From contig JAJECE010000077.1 in NCBI GenBank assembly GCA_022822185.1, positions 2,504 through 66,503 of the forward strand: a DNA stretch of 64,000 nt. Direction: 5' to 3'. Made by a program: the position numbers and the translations under genes. The DNA comes from Rhodothermales bacterium (GTDB lineage Bacteria > Bacteroidota > Rhodothermia > Rhodothermales > Bin80). Numbering within the stretch: position 1 is the stretch's first letter; each line of letters begins with the position of its first letter. Positions 34,465-43,062 of the stretch are shown one piece after another. Under the pieces are notes generated by a model. It saw only the letters and a list, made by a program, of their open reading frames with translations, was not told the DNA's origin and ran no database searches.

Positions 34465-35209
34465 GGAGATAGTTAATCAAGTTCAAGTGCCCTATACATG
34501 GATTCGAGTTCGTGGTTCCATTCTAATCTGATTTGATCAGTACCGGTGCGAAATCATCAAATTTTGCTTGTACCAACGGACTAGTTGCCGGAGCCTCTAT
34601 AGACAGGATAGCCATTACGTACAATAGAATTACAGAATTAGAGGATGCGTTTAGATTGATCCGTTGCTGCTCGATGAGCAGGTCACCCCCGATTGATGTG
34701 TACATGTCTTCTGAGTATGGTATAATTTGTCCTGAATTCAGAGGATAGAAGGTGTTCTATGGTGTGCCAAGTGAACTGACAAAGTGTAGCGTGGCGATCC
34801 CGCACCATGAAATTCCAACCGAATATACACCGTGCGCCATGGAAAGATGATTCCTATTTGTAGGTGCGAAATCCACATGACAACTGTCGCTCCAGTCCGT
34901 ATTGCTCAAAGCAATTTATGGAGATAACTACATGAGTTGAAATACTTTGGATGGAAGGATTGCCTTGGCGATTCAGCGGGGAGATAGGCAGAAATGCGTA
35001 GCGGAGGAAGAGCATGGCAGGCCTCGAAACTGGTAATGCAGGAGCCGACCCTTCGGTTTTAACGGATGCACGCTTCGATGTGAGTGTATTCAGGATCTCT
35101 CCAATATCACTGAGCCTGTGCTATTAGAAAAAAGAATACGGTCAGGATTGTAATAGAAAGGATTAATTACCGTATCTTTGCGCCCGTTATCGTTTTACAA
35201 TTCAATTTC

Positions 35210-35785
35210 ATGACTCGCATATCTAAAACCCTGCTGCCTCTGCTCTCATTGGCACTTATTCTCACCGCATGTGAAGGGCCAACGGGCCCAGAAGGTCCGG
35301 CTGGGCCGCAAGGAGCCCAGGGGACTGCCGGAGAGCGCGGACCCGAAGGCCCGCAGGGGCTACCTGGGGGGAGCAACATGGCCATGTTCAGTTTCACGAT
35401 CGCCGAGGATGACTTCACAGATAGTGATCCTCCAGGAATTGAAATCGCTGCTTATGCCGCTCCGCTGATCACTGCGGATGTGGTGGAGAATGGCGTGGTT
35501 CTTGCCTACACAAAACCACACGATGGTGGAGGCATCTGGTTCCTTCTCCCCACTTTTTTTGGTGCTATCTCGTATACATTTACATACGATGTGGGGCTCT
35601 TTGGCATTGTAATTTCTCGGCCGAATGATGCGATAGAAGAGCCGCAGGCACATAGATATGACGGAGATCAAATTCGGGTGGTGACCTTTTCTTCTGCGGG
35701 TGCGCAGAAGCTTGATGGCGTAGACACCGAAGACTATGAAGCCGTAATGGAGTTGTTTGACGCTGAAGTCAATGCAATCCGGTAG
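35210..35785 (+). CDS. Collagen-like (G-X-Y repeat) lipoprotein
   Basis: 191 aa. Lipobox LILTAC. Immediately after it come 10 uninterrupted G-X-Y triplets, [30 protein letters not shown] (35276..35365), then a ~135-aa globular domain. Confidence 0.85.
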   Translation: MTRISKTLLPLLSLALILTACEGPTGPEGPAGPQGAQGTAGERGPEGPQGLPGGSNMAMFSFTIAEDDFTDSDPPGIEIAAYAAPLITADVVENGVVLAYTKPHDGGGIWFLLPTFFGAISYTFTYDVGLFGIVISRPNDAIEEPQAHRYDGDQIRVVTFSSAGAQKLDGVDTEDYEAVMELFDAEVNAIR

Positions 35786-35834
35786 ATCATCCCGCTTCAT
35801 TTGAGCGGAGGTCTCCAGTGTTTGCGCCTACTTG

Positions 35835-35876
35835 CCACTACTTCCCCTCACAGAGTCCTGTAAGGGGAAGTAGTGG
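35835..35876. terminator. 14-bp perfect hairpin between convergent genes
   Basis: CCACTACTTCCCCT (35835..35848) pairs with AGGGGAAGTAGTGG (35863..35876), loop 14 nt. It lies between the collagen-like gene (+) and the last FG-GAP/ASPIC gene (-). Confidence 0.65.
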
Positions 35877-35911
35877 AGTAAAGTTATATGGATTTCAGGT
35901 CCGCTACAGAA

Positions 35912-38900
35912 TTATCTGATGGGAAAGCCCTCAACCTTGAATAGGAGCGGACTATCGTTGGATCGTGTGGCAATGATCTGATACGAATATCCGTTGCTGA
36001 TCAAACGAAACTGGCGAACTTCGCCCGGAGCACGAAACCCGCTGCGGGCTGTTGTATCCATCTCTCCACTTTCTGTGAAGTGGATGACCTCCCCCCACCC
36101 CGCATTCAAGGGGCCAAAGGCATCCGATGCGCTAGACAGATTCCCCGCGACAAGTAATTCAATGTTCCGTCCCCGTTGGACGGGTTGGATGGCCATGACC
36201 GGGCTCCACTGGACTTCACCGGGCATAGCTTCTGCGATAAAACGCTTCCCGCCGTGATTCCAGAATATAGTAGAATGAAGCGTCTGGAGGACTTCTGTGG
36301 GCTGGATATCCTCCCCAAATAAATCCGTCACGGATAAATCCCGGTAGGCGCTGTAAGAGGTGATTTTTGTTGAAAGTGTTGGCAACTGCTGAAGCAGCGC
36401 GTCACGGGAAGACCATGTATACCAGTCTCCATTCTCCCATTGCGCAATCACCGGATCAATCCGCCCATTCTGATCAAAATCTCTCGCAAAGAGCGCCAAA
36501 GGGATCGTAAAGGGGCTATTCAGTCCAAGATTCCCCGCCACCAAGTCATCAAACCCATCTCCATTCAAGTCCAGTACCACCAGGCTTTGCCACAGGCCAA
36601 TAGAGTTTGAGAGCCCCAGCGAGTCGGTTTGCTCAACGAACTTGGTCCCACGGTTCTCGAAAATCGTGACCGGCATCCATTCCCCAACCAGAATAAGATC
36701 CGGGAGAGGATCCCCTATCAGATCTGCCCAGACCGCCCCGGTTACATGTCCGATGTGTTGCAGCGAAGGGGAATGGCTTGCGGTTACATCATGAAAATAC
36801 CCCGCCCCGTCATTCATGAGCAGGCTGCTTGTTCCGGCTTCGCCATAGCGTTCCGGGGGCGTGTCGCTTCCCACAAAAATGTCCCAATCCCCGTCAAGGT
36901 CAATATCCGCTCCGGTCACTGCGGTTCCATTGGTATAAAGGGGTGGCAGTCGGGTGGAATCCGCATAAAATTTCCCGCTCCCCAAGTTGATGTACAGTTG
37001 ATCCTGATGCAGTTCAGCGGGCCCAATCCATCCGCCATTTGCAACATACAGATCAGGATCACCATCTTGATCCGCATCAAAAAAGAGGGCCGCAGCGGAC
37101 TCACTGGCTTTGTTGGAATCCGGGAACGGAACCTGCTGAAAACTGCCATCTGAACGTTGGACATAAAGTGCGTCCGGCTGGCCGCGCGCACCTCCAAAAT
37201 AAATGTCATCCAGTTGATCCGCATTCACATCTGCGACCGCCAGTGCCGCTGCCCGTGTACTGCGCCAGTAAGGTAAAAGTGGAAGAATTTCAAAATCCCA
37301 CACCTCATCTTCCGTATGTATGAATCCAATCCCGTGATCCTTGGATCTAGACACCTTGACCTGCTTCTCTAAAAGGACGGGGAGCTCCATTTTTGGGACA
37401 GGTGGCATTCGGCTATCCGATTCGTCTACGACTAGACGGGTCCCGGCGGCGGTTACTCCTGTATGGGAGCGAAAGCCATCCGGCCAGATGACTACAACCG
37501 AGTCCGCACTCAAAGCATCTCCGATCCCAAAATTTAAAACATGATCGACCGAGGACTGAAATCCGCGGGATGGAAATTGCTCCTGCATCCTAGACATACC
37601 GGACAACCATACGCTGACTCGGGCACCGATCGCAGAAGTATTTCGGCCGGCACCGCGGAGAACAACAGAGATGTAATTACTGGCAGATTCATTACGATAG
37701 ATCAATGCGGGAGCATTCAATGCATTGACAACCAGATCCAGATCTCCATCCAGATCCAGATCCCCGTATGCAGCCCCGTTTCCGATGACATAATCGGCAG
37801 TTCCCCAGACATGACTGACATCTTCAAACCGCAGATCGATTCCTCCCCTGAAGGCGTAATTAGGAACAATGGCCGGCGGCATCTTCTGCATAATTTCGGA
37901 CTCCTGAGCGGGAGATCCCTCATGCAGGATGCGCTGAATCTCTGGTGTCGCAACATACTCAATGTAGTCCAGATCGTTGGGCCGGCCGGGGATCCCGTTC
38001 GTAATATACAGATCCTTCCAACCATCCCCGTCAAAATCTCCTGCCAATGGCGCCCAGGACCAGTCGGTTGCGTGAACCCCGGAAAAGGATGCGATCTCGC
38101 TGAAGAAAGGGATCCCTTTATACGTCATGCCCCGGTGCAGCTGAAGCGTGTTTCGGGCAACCTGCCGGCCATATCCAAAATCAGCCAATACTTTCATCCG
38201 AATATCTGCATTTGCATTCCCGGCGGTACGCTGAGTTGCCAGATCCGGCGGTAGCATATCCAGCGCAACAATATCCGGCAGACCATCATTATTCAGGTCA
38301 GCAATATCAACCCCCATAGTGGAGCGGCTGGTTTTTCCGGTTGTCTGCCATAGAGATTCCTGAAACATACCCTGCCCGGTATTCAGATACAGGTAGTCAT
38401 CTTCATGGAAGTCGTTGCCAACATAGAGATCCGGCCATCCATCCTGATTCAGATCACTGACCGCAAGCCCCAGTCCATATCCTAATGCACTGCTGTAGAT
38501 ACCCACTTCCGCCGCAACGCTTTCAAAATACCCATCCTCCTGGCGATAAAACTTATCCCCGACTCTCGACGCATCCACCATCCTTCTCCAGGAAGGAACA
38601 TAGGATTCCCGTGAGTGAAGTGCATGGTTGAGCAGATACAGATCCAGGTCTCCATCCAGATCGTAATCCAGCCAGGCGGTGTGCGTAGAGAGCCCCTCAA
38701 AGTCCAGCCCGTAGCGCCGACTCTCTTCCTGGAAGGTTCCATCCTGCCGGTTAATATACAATTGATTATGCCCCGTCTTAGTGAGATGATGGACACGGCA
38801 TACATAAATGTCAAGCCAGCCGTCTCCATTTACATCCGCCATGCTGACCCCGGTAGACCAGGTATTTCCCTCCGTAACGATGCCCGCCACCATCGTTACA

Positions 38901-39190
38901 TCCTCAAAACGAAAATCTCCCCGATTCAGATAGAGACGATCTTTGACCTGATTGCCCGTCAAAAACAGATCTGGCAGATGATCATTATTCACATCCCCGA
39001 TCGCCACACCGCCCCCGTCATAGAAGTACAGATAATCAATGATATTAAAATCATCTTCCGGCACCAGTGTGTTATGGAAGTCAACCCCGGTCCGGGCTTT
39101 GCTTAGCAGAGTGAACAACCTGTCCTTAGACTCCGGTCCGCTCTGGCAGCCCAGGAAGAGAATCAGAAGCAGAACATAACTAATCCGCAT
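35912..39190 (-). CDS. FG-GAP/VCBS-repeat + ASPIC/UnbV lipoprotein (CRTAC1-family type), ~1090 aa
   Basis: The tracked ORF runs to 39247. The lipoprotein-type start MRISYVLLLILFLGCQ is at 39190. Has an N-terminus shared with the two upstream paralogs (LFTLL...GVDFHN.L...D.FNI..YLYFYDGGGVAIGDVNND.LPDLFLTGNQ), many DxDxDG-type motifs (DYDLDGDLDLYL, GDLDLDGDLDLVV) and an ASPIC/UnbV-like GFQSSVDHVLNFGIG. Confidence 0.9.
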   Translation of the reverse strand: MRISYVLLLILFLGCQSGPESKDRLFTLLSKARTGVDFHNTLVPEDDFNIIDYLYFYDGGGVAIGDVNNDHLPDLFLTGNQVKDRLYLNRGDFRFEDVTMVAGIVTEGNTWSTGVSMADVNGDGWLDIYVCRVHHLTKTGHNQLYINRQDGTFQEESRRYGLDFEGLSTHTAWLDYDLDGDLDLYLLNHALHSRESYVPSWRRMVDASRVGDKFYRQEDGYFESVAAEVGIYSSALGYGLGLAVSDLNQDGWPDLYVGNDFHEDDYLYLNTGQGMFQESLWQTTGKTSRSTMGVDIADLNNDGLPDIVALDMLPPDLATQRTAGNANADIRMKVLADFGYGRQVARNTLQLHRGMTYKGIPFFSEIASFSGVHATDWSWAPLAGDFDGDGWKDLYITNGIPGRPNDLDYIEYVATPEIQRILHEGSPAQESEIMQKMPPAIVPNYAFRGGIDLRFEDVSHVWGTADYVIGNGAAYGDLDLDGDLDLVVNALNAPALIYRNESASNYISVVLRGAGRNTSAIGARVSVWLSGMSRMQEQFPSRGFQSSVDHVLNFGIGDALSADSVVVIWPDGFRSHTGVTAAGTRLVVDESDSRMPPVPKMELPVLLEKQVKVSRSKDHGIGFIHTEDEVWDFEILPLLPYWRSTRAAALAVADVNADQLDDIYFGGARGQPDALYVQRSDGSFQQVPFPDSNKASESAAALFFDADQDGDPDLYVANGGWIGPAELHQDQLYINLGSGKFYADSTRLPPLYTNGTAVTGADIDLDGDWDIFVGSDTPPERYGEAGTSSLLMNDGAGYFHDVTASHSPSLQHIGHVTGAVWADLIGDPLPDLILVGEWMPVTIFENRGTKFVEQTDSLGLSNSIGLWQSLVVLDLNGDGFDDLVAGNLGLNSPFTIPLALFARDFDQNGRIDPVIAQWENGDWYTWSSRDALLQQLPTLSTKITSYSAYRDLSVTDLFGEDIQPTEVLQTLHSTIFWNHGGKRFIAEAMPGEVQWSPVMAIQPVQRGRNIELLVAGNLSSASDAFGPLNAGWGEVIHFTESGEMDTTARSGFRAPGEVRQFRLISNGYSYQIIATRSNDSPLLFKVEGFPIR

Positions 39191-42100
39191 AGGTGAAGAT
39201 GCGGAGCGTATCGTTGTTGCGGGCAACCAAAACATGTGTTTTGCCATTCACCTCAATCGTCAGGATTTGCCGCACCTGCCCCTCCACAAAAAAACCGGAT
39301 GCATGCCAGTCCAGCGGTTCCATGGAGGGAACCAAAAACGCAGTCCCGTAACTGGCATCATACCGCCCCGCCTCCGGCTTTACCTCGTATAGATTCCCTC
39401 CAGACAGCACGATCTGCCCGTTTACAGCCGGAAGGGCAGCCATCCCATATACGGGAGATAGCTGCATCTCCCAGGGAGCCGGACGGAGTGTAAAATTCCC
39501 GGTGCCATCATTGATTCCAACCATACTCCGGAGCTCATTCACATGCAGATGTGTGGTCTGGCTTCGTTCCTCTTCCGTGAAAATGTCCTGAATCGTAGCA
39601 TCTGCGTAGGATGCATAAGTCGGGAACTTCCGAACCAGATGAGGGATCTGCGCAACCAGATCATGGCGTAAATGCCAGGGCCGTTGCAAGCCGTTGATGG
39701 TTCTGGCAAAAATCTGCTCAATGCTCCCATTACGATCAAAGTCGCCAACCCACATATCTACAGGCGGCCTGAACCTGGAGTTCATTCCATGATTCCCTGC
39801 AATGAAATCCAGGTCGCCATCCGCATCCATATCCATGACCAGAATGGATTGCCACCATCCAGCCGTATTTTCCAGACCTGCATCCACAGGTACAAAGGCA
39901 CCCTGATCATTCTTCAGTACCGTCAACGGCATCCATTCTCCGCCCAGGAGAAGATCCGGATGATTGTCTCCGTCAAAATCTGCACAGGCGGCATCGGTGA
40001 CAAGCCCAATGGATTCAAGGCTAGGTGCGAGGCGAGCGGTGGCATCGGTGAATGCTCCGGTTCCATCGTTGAGTAGCAACTGACTGCTGATGGGCAGTCC
40101 ATAGGCAAACGGCTGCAACCGGCCACCAAGAAAGAGATCCAAGTCTCCATCCGAATCAAAATCACGGGAGCAGACCGTCGAAGTGGGCGCGAATCCGCGT
40201 GGACGGAGTCCGATCAATGACGCTCCACGCGAAAGCGCACCGGTGCCATCGTTGAGATAGAGCCTGTCCACCAGCGCAGAACTGCTGCTTGGGAGTTCAC
40301 TGCTGCCACTTGCCACGAACAGGTCCTGATCCCCATCCATATCCATATCCAGCCACTCGCAGTCCACATCCTCCGAGATAGCATCCTCTTCTAATACGGA
40401 TTGGGGGGCCGGCGTAAAGGATCCATGGCCGGTGTGCAGAAATACGCTCCCGGGTTGATTGCGTGCTCCACCGAGATAGAGATCTTCCTGACCATCTCCG
40501 TTCGCATCTCCTTTACACATGGCAGGACCTTCGGTGGAGCGCATATGAAAGAGGAGGGGCTGCTGATCAAAATCACTGAACGTGTTTTCCCGGTGGCGCC
40601 ATCCGAGCCCAAGGGATTCCGCATCAACGGGAACTAGAAGCGGATCCGGCCTGGCGGGATTGAAATGGGACGAGAATGGAGAGGGAGAGGCCGGAGACTC
40701 CTGGATCATGAGTCGCTGATTGGTGGGGATGTTTTCGCGGAGCGTCACTGCACCGCTCGGCCAGTGGATGACCAGAGAGTCGAGCATCTCTGTATCCGGA
40801 CCAAGCCCGATATGCAGAACCGGATCCACACTGCTTTGGAAGCCCCGGACAGGCTGCTGTTCAAGATACCAGAGACGGGCATCTTGCCAGGCGCTGATCT
40901 GCGCACCCACCCCCTGCGTATTCGGTGGCACGCCCTTCAGTACAATCTGGAGCCATCGCCGGTCAGAATAATGATCCACCGCCCGATTCCGAAACAGCAT
41001 CGGATCCTCCCCGATATTATTGACCAGAAGGTCCAGATCTCCATCCAGATCCAGGTCCGCATAGGCACTGCCATTCGAGAACCCGGGGGCCGAAAGCCCC
41101 CAGTCCTCCGTTACATCTGTAAAGGATTGCGCAGGACGGCCGGCAAACATGTGGTTGGAGATAGGCTGAGTGGGGATCATCTCAATCAGGGTTTTCCAGT
41201 CCACATAATTTTCGCTGGTCAGAAGATTTTTGGTATCCTCATCCCGGATCGCCTCCAGATAGTCTGCATTGGTAAGATCCCGATAGATGCCGTTCGCCAC
41301 AAAGATATCCTGACGACCATCATGATCATAGTCGGCAATCAGTGCGCCCCAACTCCAGTCACTTGCATGTACACGCAGCATTCTTCCTGATTCAGAAAAA
41401 CGGATTCCGGCATTCGGGTCCCTGCCCCGGTTCATCTGCAGCGTATTGCGGGTGAACTGGTGATGATAGTCGTCACGTACGTAGGCTTTATAGCGTTCCC
41501 AGCTGTCAAATGCCGACACGGTCTTGATTCGGTAGTCGGTTGCCGGCAGCATATCGGTGACAAAAATGTCCAGATAACCATCTCCATTGAGATCTGCCAT
41601 ATCGGCTCCCATCGCTGCCGCGCTCACGCTGGTGACACTTTCCCGCAGCGACTCAATGAAGGTCCCATCCTGATTATTGAGATAGAGATAGTCGTATTCA
41701 AAAAAATCATTGGAAATATAGAGATCCGGCCACCCATCCCGATTCACATCCCCGACCGAAGCGCCAAGACCAAAACCAATCTCACTTTGATAGATCCCGG
41801 AACCTGCGGTAACATCGGTAAACTGTGCATCCGGCGCATCATTACGAAATAGCCGATCCCCTCCCGCCAGGTGCGGCACATGACGGGTATTGACTTCAAG
41901 GTTGAAGTCCACAATGCTCCGAAATGAGTTATTGACCAGAAACATATCCACATCTCCGTCCCTGTCGTAATCCAGAAAAGTCGCATGGGTGGAAAGTCCG
42001 GCATCATCCAGTCCGTACAGTTCTCCCTGTTCCAGAAATGTTCCGTCTCCCTGATTGATATACAGTTCGTTACGCCGGTCATCCCCTTCTACGATCCCTG

Positions 42101-42488
42101 AATTACAGACATAGACATCTAGAAGGCCATCCCCGTTGATATCCGCCATGCTGACCCCCGTACTCCAGGCACGATCTCCCAGGATCCCCGCTTCTTCGGA
42201 TATATCCCGAAACTGAAAATCCCCTTCATTCAGATAGAGTCGGTTCGGAGTCTGATTGCCGGTCAGAAATACATCGGGCAGATGATCCTGATTGATATCG
42301 CCAATAGCCACACCGCCTCCGTTGTAGAAATTGCGATACCGGTACACATTGAATGCATCCTCATACCGAAGCGTATTCTCGAAATGAATCCCCGCTTCTT
42401 TCGCGTCAATTTGCTCAAAAAGCGGTCCCTTCTCTGTGGTACAGGCCCCCAGAAAACCAGCCAACAGGATGGACACGAATCTATTCAT
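39180..42488 (-). CDS. FG-GAP/VCBS-repeat + ASPIC/UnbV lipoprotein (CRTAC1-family type), ~1100 aa
   Basis: The tracked ORF runs to 42509. The lipoprotein-type start MNRFVSILLAGFLGAC is at 42488. Architecture matches 35912..39190 (YRNFYNGGGVAIGDINQDHLPDVFLTGNQ, DLDLDGDLDLLV, RGFQSSVDPVLHIGLG). Confidence 0.9.
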   Translation of the reverse strand: MNRFVSILLAGFLGACTTEKGPLFEQIDAKEAGIHFENTLRYEDAFNVYRYRNFYNGGGVAIGDINQDHLPDVFLTGNQTPNRLYLNEGDFQFRDISEEAGILGDRAWSTGVSMADINGDGLLDVYVCNSGIVEGDDRRNELYINQGDGTFLEQGELYGLDDAGLSTHATFLDYDRDGDVDMFLVNNSFRSIVDFNLEVNTRHVPHLAGGDRLFRNDAPDAQFTDVTAGSGIYQSEIGFGLGASVGDVNRDGWPDLYISNDFFEYDYLYLNNQDGTFIESLRESVTSVSAAAMGADMADLNGDGYLDIFVTDMLPATDYRIKTVSAFDSWERYKAYVRDDYHHQFTRNTLQMNRGRDPNAGIRFSESGRMLRVHASDWSWGALIADYDHDGRQDIFVANGIYRDLTNADYLEAIRDEDTKNLLTSENYVDWKTLIEMIPTQPISNHMFAGRPAQSFTDVTEDWGLSAPGFSNGSAYADLDLDGDLDLLVNNIGEDPMLFRNRAVDHYSDRRWLQIVLKGVPPNTQGVGAQISAWQDARLWYLEQQPVRGFQSSVDPVLHIGLGPDTEMLDSLVIHWPSGAVTLRENIPTNQRLMIQESPASPSPFSSHFNPARPDPLLVPVDAESLGLGWRHRENTFSDFDQQPLLFHMRSTEGPAMCKGDANGDGQEDLYLGGARNQPGSVFLHTGHGSFTPAPQSVLEEDAISEDVDCEWLDMDMDGDQDLFVASGSSELPSSSSALVDRLYLNDGTGALSRGASLIGLRPRGFAPTSTVCSRDFDSDGDLDLFLGGRLQPFAYGLPISSQLLLNDGTGAFTDATARLAPSLESIGLVTDAACADFDGDNHPDLLLGGEWMPLTVLKNDQGAFVPVDAGLENTAGWWQSILVMDMDADGDLDFIAGNHGMNSRFRPPVDMWVGDFDRNGSIEQIFARTINGLQRPWHLRHDLVAQIPHLVRKFPTYASYADATIQDIFTEEERSQTTHLHVNELRSMVGINDGTGNFTLRPAPWEMQLSPVYGMAALPAVNGQIVLSGGNLYEVKPEAGRYDASYGTAFLVPSMEPLDWHASGFFVEGQVRQILTIEVNGKTHVLVARNNDTLRIFTYAD

Positions 42489-43062
42489 TCTCCTGAGCCG
42501 GGATGGCATGCAGATCGGTCATGTTTACCAGCACCTCGCTGTCCGAACCACGCTGGATCGTAATCTGCCGGTTCGCGTCAATCTTTACAAATTGATGGGT
42601 GGGCCCAATGAGCGGCAGTGAAATCTGCTGGTGCAGAAATCCCTCACCGTACCACACTTCCATAAGATCCCGAACATCGAAAAACAGACTGTCTGACCAG
42701 AGTTGCCGGTTCCAGGGGGCCCAGGCATCATAGAAAATACGAACACGCATCTGAACGACCCGATCCTCCTTGAAATCAGGGTAGTACAGCATGGTGGCCG
42801 CATGGGGAAGTTGATCGGTGAGTTTGTACTGGACATTCATGTTGCTGGGACCATGCGTGACGAGCTCCCGCCGGTTCAGCGCCCAACTGGAGTCATAGAA
42901 TGCCTGGCGAGACATCCCCAACTCATAATTGAGAAAGAGCGTACGAACGGTGTCCGTGCGGGCAGCTTCACGCATCAGCATGGCTTCATATTCCGAGGGC
43001 GGCTCACACGCTGCGGTGATAAGAATCGGAAAAAATAATCCTGCAAGGTGCAGTCTGTTCAT
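42481..43062 (-). CDS. Small lipoprotein of unknown function embedded in the FG-GAP/ASPIC operon
   Basis: The tracked ORF runs to 43251 but overlaps the upstream gene. The internal start MNRLHLAGLFFPILITAAC (lipobox) at 43062 forms an ATGA stop/start overlap with the upstream gene (GAG GTT CAA TGA / ATG AAC AGA). 193 aa, no family recognised. Confidence 0.7.
   Translation of the reverse strand: MNRLHLAGLFFPILITAACEPPSEYEAMLMREAARTDTVRTLFLNYELGMSRQAFYDSSWALNRRELVTHGPSNMNVQYKLTDQLPHAATMLYYPDFKEDRVVQMRVRIFYDAWAPWNRQLWSDSLFFDVRDLMEVWYGEGFLHQQISLPLIGPTHQFVKIDANRQITIQRGSDSEVLVNMTDLHAIPAQENE

Noticed and set aside
35167-35418. An 83-aa minus-strand ORF (…[31 protein letters not shown]…).
   Set aside because: It is the antisense reading of the collagen-like G-X-Y tract. 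The + strand ORF has a proper lipoprotein signal and a downstream terminator.
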